From Gemmatales bacterium (GTDB lineage Bacteria; Planctomycetota; Planctomycetia; Gemmatales; HRBIN36), in assembly GCA_041640595.1 (NCBI GenBank), contig JBEPZY010000001.1, positions 576,001 to 640,000 on the forward strand: DNA of 64,000 nucleotides. The letters run 5' to 3'. Under the pieces are notes generated by a model, which was not told where the DNA came from, did not search any database, and worked only from the letters and a program-made list of their open reading frames with translations. The first letter of the stretch is position 1. Each line of letters starts with the position of its first letter. The position numbers were made by a program, and so were the translations under genes. Below are positions 1 to 8,668 of this stretch, one piece after another.

Positions 1-20
1 AAAGCTCCCGATTTGGCTTA

Positions 21-701
21 TCATGGCCTTTCGATCAGTGCTTCCGGATGATGGCGAATAATTTGCCCTTCCACCATATACACTACGTCTTCAGCGATAT
101 TGGTGGCGTGGTCGGCTATTCGCTCCAGATGCCGCGATGCTGAAAAAAGGTTCAAGCCCGGTTCGATGTTGTCCGGTGATTGTTTCATCATCTGAATAAG
201 GTGCTGAATAATCTCGCGGTTGACGCCATCCACCTGCTCATCCATACGGCAGATTTCTCGGGCCAGATGTGCATCCATGCGAACAAAAGAATCCAGACTT
301 TCTCGCACCATGTAGGTAGCCATGTCGGTCATACGACGAAATTGCGGCGGGATGGGGAGCAAAACCGCTCCACGCAGGAAGGCAACTGCACGTTCGGCAA
401 TGTTAATGGCCAGATCGCCCATACGCTCCAGGTCGGTGTTGATTTTGAGAATACCCGCAGTTCGGCGTAAATCGCGCGCCACCGGCTGATGCAGCGCCAG
501 AATCTTCAAACATTCCTCCTCAACCGCATTCTCCTCCAAATCAATTTCGGTATCCACGTCTCGCTCCAACAATTCAATGGCCAGCTCGATCTGTCTTTCG
601 CACAATGCCCGAACGGCCTGTTCCACGGTATCCACGACCTTCCAGGCCAGCTTGGTAATACGTTCCTGCAGCTTTTCCAGGTCGCGTTGCAAATGAACCA
701 T
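21..701 (-). CDS. phoU: phosphate signalling/transport accessory protein PhoU
   Basis: Two PhoU repeats (LALHQPVARDLR...DLERMGDLAINIAE; HLERIADHATNIAE); downstream of pstB. Confidence 0.97.
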   Translation of the reverse strand: MVHLQRDLEKLQERITKLAWKVVDTVEQAVRALCERQIELAIELLERDVDTEIDLEENAVEEECLKILALHQPVARDLRRTAGILKINTDLERMGDLAINIAERAVAFLRGAVLLPIPPQFRRMTDMATYMVRESLDSFVRMDAHLAREICRMDEQVDGVNREIIQHLIQMMKQSPDNIEPGLNLFSASRHLERIADHATNIAEDVVYMVEGQIIRHHPEALIERP

Positions 702-732
702 CTTTTGTGTTCCTTAGTTGTCGTTCCAATAA

Positions 733-769
733 CCACCGGTCACCGGCCACTAGTCACCGGCCACTGGTC
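733..769. repeat. heptamer tandem repeat (YCACYRG)x5
   Basis: CCACCGG TCACCGG CCACTAG TCACCGG CCACTGG TC read directly. Confidence 0.8.
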
Positions 770-1040
770 TTCGCTCCGGGTTGCTCGAGCTGACAACGGC
801 ACAGGTCAGCCCGGGCATTTTATCCGATTCTCCGACTGGCCGCACCCCTGCAGCTAGACCGCTGGTCAGCAGTCATCCGAGGGTTATTGCTATGGCTCAG
901 TCTGAGGGCTCACCTTTGATTTACGCAGCCGGGCAAGCCGTGGCATTATTTGTGTGCTTCTGGGACTGTGTGGAAGACGATTTTGCTTAGTCCTGCGGGC
1001 AAATAACACCCCGGATGTTCAGGGCAGAACAACCGCAGGC

Positions 1041-1877
1041 CTAGCCGAACCTCCCGGTAATGTAATCTTCCGTTTCTTTGCGCGTGGGACGGGTGAAAAG
1101 TTGATCGGTTGGCCCCATTTCGATAAGTCGGCCATTGTAAAAGAAGGCAGTTTCGTCAGAGATCCGGGCTGCCTGCTGCATATTGTGCGTCACTATGACA
1201 ATGGTGTAGTTAGCCTTGAGCTCGAAAATCAGGTCTTCGATTTTTGCCGTGGATGTCGGGTCCAGAGCCGAGGCTGGTTCGTCCATCAGTAAAACTTCCG
1301 GGTCAGTCGCCAGTGCACGGGCAATGCACAACCGCTGCTGCTGACCACCGGAGAGAATCATTGCCGACTGGTGCAAACGGTCTTTTACCTCGTCCCATAG
1401 CGCTGCTTTACGCAGGCAGTGCTCCACGATTTGCTCGAGCTGACGACGGTCGCGTATGCCAGCAATTCGCGGACCGTAAGCAACGTTCTCGAAAATGCTT
1501 TTCGGGAACGGATTGGACTTTTGGAACACCATGCCTACGCGGCGCCGGAGCGTAACCACGTCCATGCTGCGGTGATAAATATCCTGCCCGTCAAGCAATA
1601 CAGTACCGCTGAACCGGGTATTTTCCAGAACCTCATTCATGCGGTTGAGTAAACGCAGAAACGTGGATTTGCCACAACCGGACGGCCCTATAAGGGCTGT
1701 AACGCGGTTCTCCCGAATGTCCATGTTGATGTCGAACAGTACCTGCGTCTCTCCGTACCAGAAATTGGCGTCGCGAACGCTGATTTTCACCCTGGACGGG
1801 ACCGAAGAGTTTTCTGTCGCATCCTGGGCTTGGAGGCGTACGATCGGAGGCAAGGAGATTGGCACACTGGACCTCAT
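1041..1877 (-). CDS. pstB: phosphate ABC transporter ATP-binding protein
   Basis: GPSGCGKST Walker [32 protein letters not shown]-terminal [10 protein letters not shown]. Confidence 0.97.
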   Translation of the reverse strand: MRSSVPISLPPIVRLQAQDATENSSVPSRVKISVRDANFWYGETQVLFDINMDIRENRVTALIGPSGCGKSTFLRLLNRMNEVLENTRFSGTVLLDGQDIYHRSMDVVTLRRRVGMVFQKSNPFPKSIFENVAYGPRIAGIRDRRQLEQIVEHCLRKAALWDEVKDRLHQSAMILSGGQQQRLCIARALATDPEVLLMDEPASALDPTSTAKIEDLIFELKANYTIVIVTHNMQQAARISDETAFFYNGRLIEMGPTDQLFTRPTRKETEDYITGRFG

Positions 1878-2033
1878 CGTCAGGCAGAGAGCTTACCACC
1901 ATCCATTTCGCCTATCGCTCCCATCGGCGTGTCTGCTTCACGACCGCATAAAGCAAATGCGATTCTTCCTGCCGGGGCCTCACATTTCGGCTTACGGGTT
2001 GACCCAGGGTGAGTATATAGACATTAGCCGCAG

Positions 2034-2066
2034 CATGTGTGAAGATATTGTGTAAACATTGTGAAG
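2034..2066 (-). promoter_or_regulatory. putative PHO box (three 11-bp direct repeats)
   Basis: Minus strand CTTCACAATGT-TTACACAATAT-CTTCACACATG ~160 bp upstream of pstB, followed by TAATGT/TATACT -10-like hexamers. Confidence 0.6.
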
Positions 2067-2351
2067 ATGCGGTTCCGGCTGGCCAGCAAAGAACTTGCGT
2101 TTCGGGGTTAACACAACCTTTGCGGTGCTTTGGCCGTTGGCAACCCGCCTTTTATTTACAGCCAGCGAGAGGTTGCATCTCTGAATAAGGGCGACGCTTT
2201 CCCGATTTCCAACACGGTTGTATTTTGTATTTTCTCGATTTGCCATTGACAGGGCACAAACTCACAGTATGTGCGGGGCTGAATATCGCAGCATCTCGAG
2301 CAGTTGGTCAGCACAACTTCACAACCGCCAAAAATGGAGGAAATAGCCACG

Positions 2352-2729
2352 ATGAAGAGGATTTTTGTCATTCTGGCAATATGGGCACTGTCGGAAGGAC
2401 TAGCTAATGCGCAAAATGTGGCGACTCCTGGTCGGGCACCGCGTCTGGAAACGGGAGCTGCAGCATCGGCGAACACGCTGATCGGTTCCGCACCGCGGTT
2501 AGGGCCGGTATCCGGCCGCACGGGTACCGTGAACGTTCCTGTGGATGTAACTCGCAACAGTGTGGTGCCTCTCCACCTGGTGCAGGGAAGAACAGTATCA
2601 CCGCGACCGCCGACGCTACTGGATCGGTTGGCACAATTGCTGCCTTTTGCCGCTCGCACCGGTGCTTCCGTGGTAGCACCGGAAGCCGTTATCCTCCACG
2701 ACAGCCTGCCCAATGTTACCATCAAATAG
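2352..2729 (+). CDS. hypothetical secreted protein
   Basis: GGAGG SD before ATG 2352; signal-peptide-like MKRIFVILAIWALSEGLANA. Confidence 0.7.
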   Translation: MKRIFVILAIWALSEGLANAQNVATPGRAPRLETGAAASANTLIGSAPRLGPVSGRTGTVNVPVDVTRNSVVPLHLVQGRTVSPRPPTLLDRLAQLLPFAARTGASVVAPEAVILHDSLPNVTIK

Positions 2730-2821
2730 GGCTTCTATGGGCCTTACGGCAGCTCCGCAGCCACGGCAGTTCCACGGATTGACACCTAGAATACTTGACG
2801 GACGCTGCGGAGGTGGTCAGC

Positions 2822-3400
2822 ATGCCGTATTATGTCCGGATTATCGGAGGGGAGTTGCGCGGTCGCCGGTTGCGTGTGGTAACCGAGCCGCCAGAATTAC
2901 GCCCGATTGCCGACCGTGCCCGCGAAGGATTGTTTAACATTCTGCGTCGCTGGGATACTGAGCGCCCGTTTGTGGATGTGTTCGCCGGTAGTGGCTCTGT
3001 TGGAATCGAGGCTTTGAGCCGTGGTGCGAAAGAAGTGCTATTTGTCGAACAACATCCTCGCCTGACGCGGCTACTGCAGGAGCAATTACAGGAGTTGCAG
3101 CTGGAGCAGCGCGGCTGGGTGTTGCGTGCGGATGCCTATCGCTGGGCCAGGCATTGGATACCTCCCTCCGAACCGGTTACTGTTTTTCTCGGCCCGCCGT
3201 ATGCCGACTTCGTACGCCGTAGCGACGAAATACTGGAGTTGATTCGTACATTGCAACAGAAGCTACCGCCCGACTCGGTTCTGGTCGTGCAGACCGACCG
3301 ACTGTATCCAGCGCAGAACCTGCCGGACTCGCAACACTGGGACGTCCGTTGCTACGGAAGAACCCAGATCTGCCTGTGGCACAAACCAGAACATGTCTGA
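2822..3400 (+). CDS. rsmD: 16S rRNA m2G966 methyltransferase RsmD family
   Basis: RIIGGELRGRRL, RP...REGLFN, DVFAGSGSVGIEALSRGA, GPPY (DPPY variant); SD GGAGG. Confidence 0.9.
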   Translation: MPYYVRIIGGELRGRRLRVVTEPPELRPIADRAREGLFNILRRWDTERPFVDVFAGSGSVGIEALSRGAKEVLFVEQHPRLTRLLQEQLQELQLEQRGWVLRADAYRWARHWIPPSEPVTVFLGPPYADFVRRSDEILELIRTLQQKLPPDSVLVVQTDRLYPAQNLPDSQHWDVRCYGRTQICLWHKPEHV

Positions 3401-4997
3401 CAACCCGTCGGCATTACCAAATTCAACGCGTTCTTCAGGAAACGACACCCGCGGTGGGGCGGACGAACGTGTTTCGTCTCAGCGCGATGAACAGGCGAGG
3501 CAGTTTGCTCTACAGGTGGTTCGGCGCTTGCGTGAAGCTGGATACGAAGCATACTGGGCTGGGGGTTGTGTTCGCGATTATCTCCTTGGACTGACGCCTC
3601 ATGACTATGACGTAGCCACAAGTGCCAGGCCTGAAGAAGTGCAGCGTTTGTTCCGCCGCACCGTGACCGTTGGAGCCAGTTTCGGAGTGGTCGAAGTATT
3701 AGGGCCTCGAGTGGATGGCGAAACCATTAGCGTTCAGGTAGCCACTTTCCGCAGTGAAGGCCCGTATTCGGACGGTCGGCATCCGGATTCGGTCATTTTT
3801 ACCAACGCCGTACAGGACGCTCAGCGCCGGGATTTTACCATCAACGGTCTGTTCTACGACCCGCTCACGGGTCAGGTACTGGATTACGTGGGCGGCAAGC
3901 AGGACTTGCAAGCCCGTATATTGCGAGCCATAGGCAATCCTCGAGAGAGGTTCCAGGAAGATAAGTTGCGCATATTGCGGGCGGTACGCCTGGCAGCCCA
4001 GTTTAACCTCACTATTGAGGGAGAAACCGCCGAGGCTATTCGGGCGATGGCTGACCAGATCACCGTCGTCAGTGCCGAAAGAATTGCGGAGGAGTTACGC
4101 CGGCTTCTGACCGGTGCCGGGCGGGTTCGCGGTCTGGAATTGTTGCATGAGTTGGGGTTGCTGTCGCCGATTTTTCCAGAACTCGCCGACATGCCGAAGG
4201 TAATCCTGCCGCAACCGATTGCAGGGCAATCTCGCGTGGATCATCCCCCGGAAGCTCAGGCTGGGTCTTTATCCCAAGACGAATCAACGAGCCAGACGAC
4301 GTTAGCGATTCCTGCCGCAGCAGAACAGGCTGAGAAGACGCTGGAGGGGAAGTGTGATGCTGGGCCAGGGTCGCAAACCCTCTGGGAACACACGTTGCGT
4401 GTGGTCGGATGGTTGCGTGAGCCAGGGTTTCCGCTTTCTTTAGCCGCTTTGTTTCACGACGCCGGCAAGGCAAAGATGGCATCATCCTCGCTCGTGGATA
4501 TGTCCGGCAAGCACAGCGTCCAAAATTCAGCTTTTCCGGAGCACGAAAAAATTGGTGCCGAACTGGTCGAACATGCCGGTCGCCGACTGCGACTGGCTAA
4601 CGCTGAGTGGCAGCGTGCGGCCTGGCTCGTTGCTCACCATCACGCTCTGGACGCACCGTGGAACTTACCGATGCATGTTTTGAAACCCCTGCTGGCCCAC
4701 CCAGCGATCCACGAATTGCTCGAGTTAATCCGGGCCAACCTGCTGGCCCACAATCGGTCTTTGCAACCGATCGCGTTTTGTGAAACCAAACTGCAGGAAT
4801 GGCCGCGGGAGGTGCTGGACCCACCGCCACTGGTGAGCGGAGACGACCTCATTGCCCTCGGCTTGAAACCAGGCCCGATTTTCAAACAACTATTGCAACA
4901 TGTGCGAGAGGCCCAGCTGGACGGCATTATAGCAAGCCGGGAAGAAGCTCTCGAAATGCTTCGCCAGTGGTTACCACAAAATCGGCCATCCGGTTAG
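3393..4997 (+). CDS. cca: CCA tRNA nucleotidyltransferase with HD-like domain
   Basis: GGCVRD..LG..PHDYD, RRDFTINGL, RFQEDKLRILRAVR, HDAGK, C-terminal G.KPGP.F. Confidence 0.9.
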   Translation: MSDNPSALPNSTRSSGNDTRGGADERVSSQRDEQARQFALQVVRRLREAGYEAYWAGGCVRDYLLGLTPHDYDVATSARPEEVQRLFRRTVTVGASFGVVEVLGPRVDGETISVQVATFRSEGPYSDGRHPDSVIFTNAVQDAQRRDFTINGLFYDPLTGQVLDYVGGKQDLQARILRAIGNPRERFQEDKLRILRAVRLAAQFNLTIEGETAEAIRAMADQITVVSAERIAEELRRLLTGAGRVRGLELLHELGLLSPIFPELADMPKVILPQPIAGQSRVDHPPEAQAGSLSQDESTSQTTLAIPAAAEQAEKTLEGKCDAGPGSQTLWEHTLRVVGWLREPGFPLSLAALFHDAGKAKMASSSLVDMSGKHSVQNSAFPEHEKIGAELVEHAGRRLRLANAEWQRAAWLVAHHHALDAPWNLPMHVLKPLLAHPAIHELLELIRANLLAHNRSLQPIAFCETKLQEWPREVLDPPPLVSGDDLIALGLKPGPIFKQLLQHVREAQLDGIIASREEALEMLRQWLPQNRPSG

Positions 4998-5036
4998 TGG
5001 CGCAGACCAACGCAGTGGCAAAGACCGGCTGCCTTT

Positions 5037-5231
5037 TCAACATCGGGTCGGTCCCGGCTTGACGTGAGGCGGCTCAGCCTGCAGCAATTCGAGGTCTTTG
5101 CGAGCCATCTCATCGTGGATGACCTGGTGCCAGTCGGGGGAGCGTAGCTCCGGCGGTACATAGTTTTCCCGAGCCCAACGGCGTAGGCGTAGTTCCTCGA
5201 TCAGATCAAGCGGTTCGTTGCGGGTGTACAT
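5037..5231 (-). CDS. small conserved hypothetical protein
   Basis: DLIEELRLRRWARENYVP...WH.VI.DEM.RKD, recalled as a small planctomycete family; start uncertain (ORF open to 5348). Confidence 0.65.
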   Translation of the reverse strand: MYTRNEPLDLIEELRLRRWARENYVPPELRSPDWHQVIHDEMARKDLELLQAEPPHVKPGPTRC

Positions 5232-5577
5232 AGCAGACCTCAAATATGTCGCACTTCCAGAATATGGACTCGCAATTCTAGCTGTTCTTCTTCGGTTAGC
5301 AAGAGGGGGACAAAAATTTTCAGCAGTTGAGGCTGCCTCGAAGGTCATCGCTGGCCGCGCTGTCGGTAAAGACGTTGTTTTTGACCGGTTATTACTCGTG
5401 TGGCGAAGCCTGGCACGGGTCGGCGAACGATTGTTTTGCGGATGGGTTCAGCAGCGTATTGATGCGGTGATGCTAATTCACCGCCAGTTGCGTATAAACT
5501 CACGAGGAACCGAAAATCAGTTCGACAGCCTCTTTTTGGGCCTTCAGAAACCGAACAGGGGTGCAAATGGAGCGGCT

Positions 5578-5949
5578 ATGAGCGTTGGTATCGTGCTCAT
5601 TGCACATGGTAGCAGGCGACCTGAGGCGAACGCTGAACTGGAATGGGTTGCCAACCAGCTTCGACAGCGGCATCCGCACTGGTTGGTGCAGTGCGCCTAC
5701 CTGGAAATTGCCGAGCCAACGATCCCGCAAGCCATTGCTTGTTGCGTTGAGAGCGGAGCCGAACAAATCTTACTGGTGCCTTACTTTCTCTCGGCAGGCC
5801 GCCACGTCAGCCAGGACCTGGAGCGTATCCGCAGCCAGGCACAGGAGCAATATCGCAACGTGAATTTCACTCTGGGCAAACCGCTGGGACCCCACGAACT
5901 GCTGGTGCAGCTGTTAGAGCAACGCATTGATGAGGCCCTGAAGAACTAG
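5578..5949 (+). CDS. short CbiX/SirB-type sirohydrochlorin chelatase
   Basis: IAHGSRR, AYLEIAEP, PYFLSAGRHV..D; GGAG SD before ATG 5578. Confidence 0.85.
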   Translation: MSVGIVLIAHGSRRPEANAELEWVANQLRQRHPHWLVQCAYLEIAEPTIPQAIACCVESGAEQILLVPYFLSAGRHVSQDLERIRSQAQEQYRNVNFTLGKPLGPHELLVQLLEQRIDEALKN

Positions 5950-6104
5950 CAGGCACATACCGGAACCCGGTAGAAGATAAACACGACGCCATCCTCGACA
6001 GCAACACAATGAAGATGCCATCCGGCAGCAGCATCGGGTATTCAAACCCTGTCGCATAAGTAAAACAGCCGTGCTCGGCGACACTCGTGCGGCTCTGCGA
6101 CGTG

Positions 6105-6295
6105 CCGGGATGTGCGAATTCCCTCCGGCCGGTTCACCGCCAGGTATCAGCCATTCGCATCACCTGGAGCGCGTCCGGTCTTATGTTTATGGGACGAAGG
6201 CATATACTTCCTTAGACCCGGTGAATTGCAAATTGCAGCGATACCTGGGCGGTAACGCCTGACCAATCAGGTAAAGGGAAAAACGGGCATGCCGG
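6105..6295 (+). ncRNA. candidate structured RNA / cis-regulatory leader (rod-like fold)
   Basis: Nested helices 6105-6116/6284-6295, 6119-6124/6275-6280, 6136-6148/6240-6253, 6160-6164/6220-6224; side hairpin 6258-6271. Confidence 0.45.
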
Positions 6296-8625
6296 ACCAG
6301 AAACGCACAAACACATGGTTTCCTTCGGACTGGCGGCGGATGATTCTGCTGTGGTTCGCCGGGTTGTTATGCCTGACGCTTTCCGAAGCCCATGAGGATG
6401 AGCATGAGTCGGCTTTGGCTAACAAAGGGGTGCATGTCGAACGTGATATCGTTCTGCTGGAAAAACCGGCTTACGAAGCTCTGGGGCCGGAACTGGCGTC
6501 GGTGCAAAGACGCACGTTGACCCGAACAGTATTGGCTACGGGGAATCTGGTAGTTTCCCCCGCTGCACGGGCCTGGATTAGCACCTGGCTCCCAGGCCGA
6601 GTCGAGCAAATTGCCGTTGAATTAGGCCAGTCGGTAAAGGCCGGGCAAATTGTTGCCTGGATCCGCAGCAGCGAGTGGGAACGGCTTGTCGCCAATTTAT
6701 CCGTGGCGGCTACGGAAGAAGAAGCGGCCCGATTGGAATGGCAAAGGATAGATGGCTTGTATCGCGACGGTCTCGCCTCACGCCGTGAATGGTTAGAAGC
6801 GCGGGCACGCTGGCAGGAAAAGCAAAATACCGTTCTGGTCAATCGGCTGCAGGTAATGGCGGTGGCAGGAGAATTGGCAAATCCCGGCTCGTTCCTGCCA
6901 GTTCGCAGTCCGATCACTGGGCGTGTCGTTCGGATTTTCAGTGCAGTAGGCCGCGAAGTCGAGCCACAACATCCGATTATGGAAATCCTCGGTGACCAGC
7001 CTTTATGGTTTCGAGCGCAGGTACCCCAGTATTACACGCCGCTGGTGCAAATCGGACAAACGGCTCGGGTGCGATTACGGGCGATGGGCCAGGCCGAACC
7101 GTGGCAGGCAACGGTTTTCGCATGCAGCGGGCGTATCGATCCAAAAACCCTGACCGAAACCGTCTGGCTCAGTTTTACTTCGCAGCCGAAAGTCAATCTC
7201 CAGGCTGGCCTGCAAGGCATCGCCCAAATCGAGGTCGAGCGGCGGGAGAATGTACTGGCGGTACCCGCTTCCGCTGTGGTTCGCGAAGGGATGGAAACTT
7301 ACGTTTTTGTGCGCAGAAATCCCGAGGAATGCCCCGATTGTTGTCCTGAACCAGACCACTCACACTCCCCTAATCATGCCACATTTCAGCCGGAAGCTGC
7401 ATTTGAGCGTGTTGCTTTCCTGGCCGGGCTGGAAACCCCGGACTGGGTCGAAGTGAAAGAAGGCCTGTCTGAAAGCCAGCAGGTGGTACTGACGGGTCGT
7501 CACCAATTGGCGGTGCTGCTACCACCCCAGGGAGACGGGGAGTTTCGCGTCAGCAATCTGGCCTGGAAACAAAGCGGTTTGCGTGTCGAACCGGTCAGTT
7601 TCCAGGTGATATCGCCCACGGTCAGCCTGGAAGCTCGCATAGCCGCTCTGCCGACGGCATTGCAGGCAATCCACCTGCCGCTAGCCGGGAAACTGCATCG
7701 TTTGCTGTTGACGACCCCAACGCCGGTACGAGCGGGGCAACCGATAGCGGAGTTTCAAAGCCTGGAATCGCAGCAATGGCAACTGGCCTGGTTGCAAGCA
7801 GAACTGACCGCTCGAGCGCAACGGGAAATCGTCAAGGGTTACCGCGAGCTCCTGGCTGCAGGAGCACCTTTACCAGAACAAGTAGTCCGAAACGCCGAAC
7901 TGGCAGCTCAATCGGCGGAAACCCAGGCAGCCAGCTGGAAACATCGTTTGACGCAGTGGCTGGGCCTAGACGAGGCACAACTCGAGGCCGTGCTTCAAAA
8001 GCGAGAGTTAATCCCATTGCTCACACTACGTGCACCGCGAGATGGTTGGCTGATCCCTGCCGAGCTGGCCATGGGCCAGTTCGTGAGCCCGAACGAGTCC
8101 GTAGCCGAACTTCTACCTATGCAGGGCTGGCATGTTCGCGCTCGGGTGCCAGAACCGATGTGGAACCTGCTGCGGCCTGGAGCTAAGGCAAGGTTTCGTC
8201 CCGCACTCACTGGACGGCCTACCTGGCTGGCGCAGGTCACACGCCTGGAAGACCTCGCGGATGAGAATGGCCAGCGTTTGGCCTGGGTACAGCTACTGGA
8301 TGCACCGGCGTCGGTGCCTGAAAACCTCGCCGGTATGCTGAGCGTCGAACTTCCAGAAAACGGTCAGGCCAGATTGGCTGTGCCGATATCGGCAATCTGG
8401 TGGGAAGGCAGCGAATCTGCCGTATTCGTTTATCACCGTGATCGCGATATTTTCGAGTACCGTCCAGTGCGAATTGGACAGCGAAACGATATGTGGGCCG
8501 AGATTATTCACGGATTGCATGCTGGCGAGGAGATTGCCGTCACGTGCATTCCCGACTTGCGTCGCCACTACGGACGATTGCGCTTATCCGGTCAAGGGGT
8601 TTATCGTGACCACTGCCGCGACTGA
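6289..8625 (+). CDS. RND efflux periplasmic adaptor (CzcB/CusB-like) with two tandem MFP modules
   Basis: Signal peptide then HEDEH; MFP motifs occur twice (SPITGRV/APRDGWL; AVPASAV...VFV/AVPISAI...VFV; VEVKEGL/AEIIHGL); start could be 6340. Confidence 0.85.
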   Translation: MPDQKRTNTWFPSDWRRMILLWFAGLLCLTLSEAHEDEHESALANKGVHVERDIVLLEKPAYEALGPELASVQRRTLTRTVLATGNLVVSPAARAWISTWLPGRVEQIAVELGQSVKAGQIVAWIRSSEWERLVANLSVAATEEEAARLEWQRIDGLYRDGLASRREWLEARARWQEKQNTVLVNRLQVMAVAGELANPGSFLPVRSPITGRVVRIFSAVGREVEPQHPIMEILGDQPLWFRAQVPQYYTPLVQIGQTARVRLRAMGQAEPWQATVFACSGRIDPKTLTETVWLSFTSQPKVNLQAGLQGIAQIEVERRENVLAVPASAVVREGMETYVFVRRNPEECPDCCPEPDHSHSPNHATFQPEAAFERVAFLAGLETPDWVEVKEGLSESQQVVLTGRHQLAVLLPPQGDGEFRVSNLAWKQSGLRVEPVSFQVISPTVSLEARIAALPTALQAIHLPLAGKLHRLLLTTPTPVRAGQPIAEFQSLESQQWQLAWLQAELTARAQREIVKGYRELLAAGAPLPEQVVRNAELAAQSAETQAASWKHRLTQWLGLDEAQLEAVLQKRELIPLLTLRAPRDGWLIPAELAMGQFVSPNESVAELLPMQGWHVRARVPEPMWNLLRPGAKARFRPALTGRPTWLAQVTRLEDLADENGQRLAWVQLLDAPASVPENLAGMLSVELPENGQARLAVPISAIWWEGSESAVFVYHRDRDIFEYRPVRIGQRNDMWAEIIHGLHAGEEIAVTCIPDLRRHYGRLRLSGQGVYRDHCRD

Positions 8626-8668
8626 TTAGACCTGGTGGTGCGGCTAATACTTCCACGGAGCCGACGCT

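Noticed and set aside
5218..5577. Long N-terminal extension of the CbiX ORF
   Set aside because: Overlaps the divergent small gene; chelatase motifs and SD support a start at 5578
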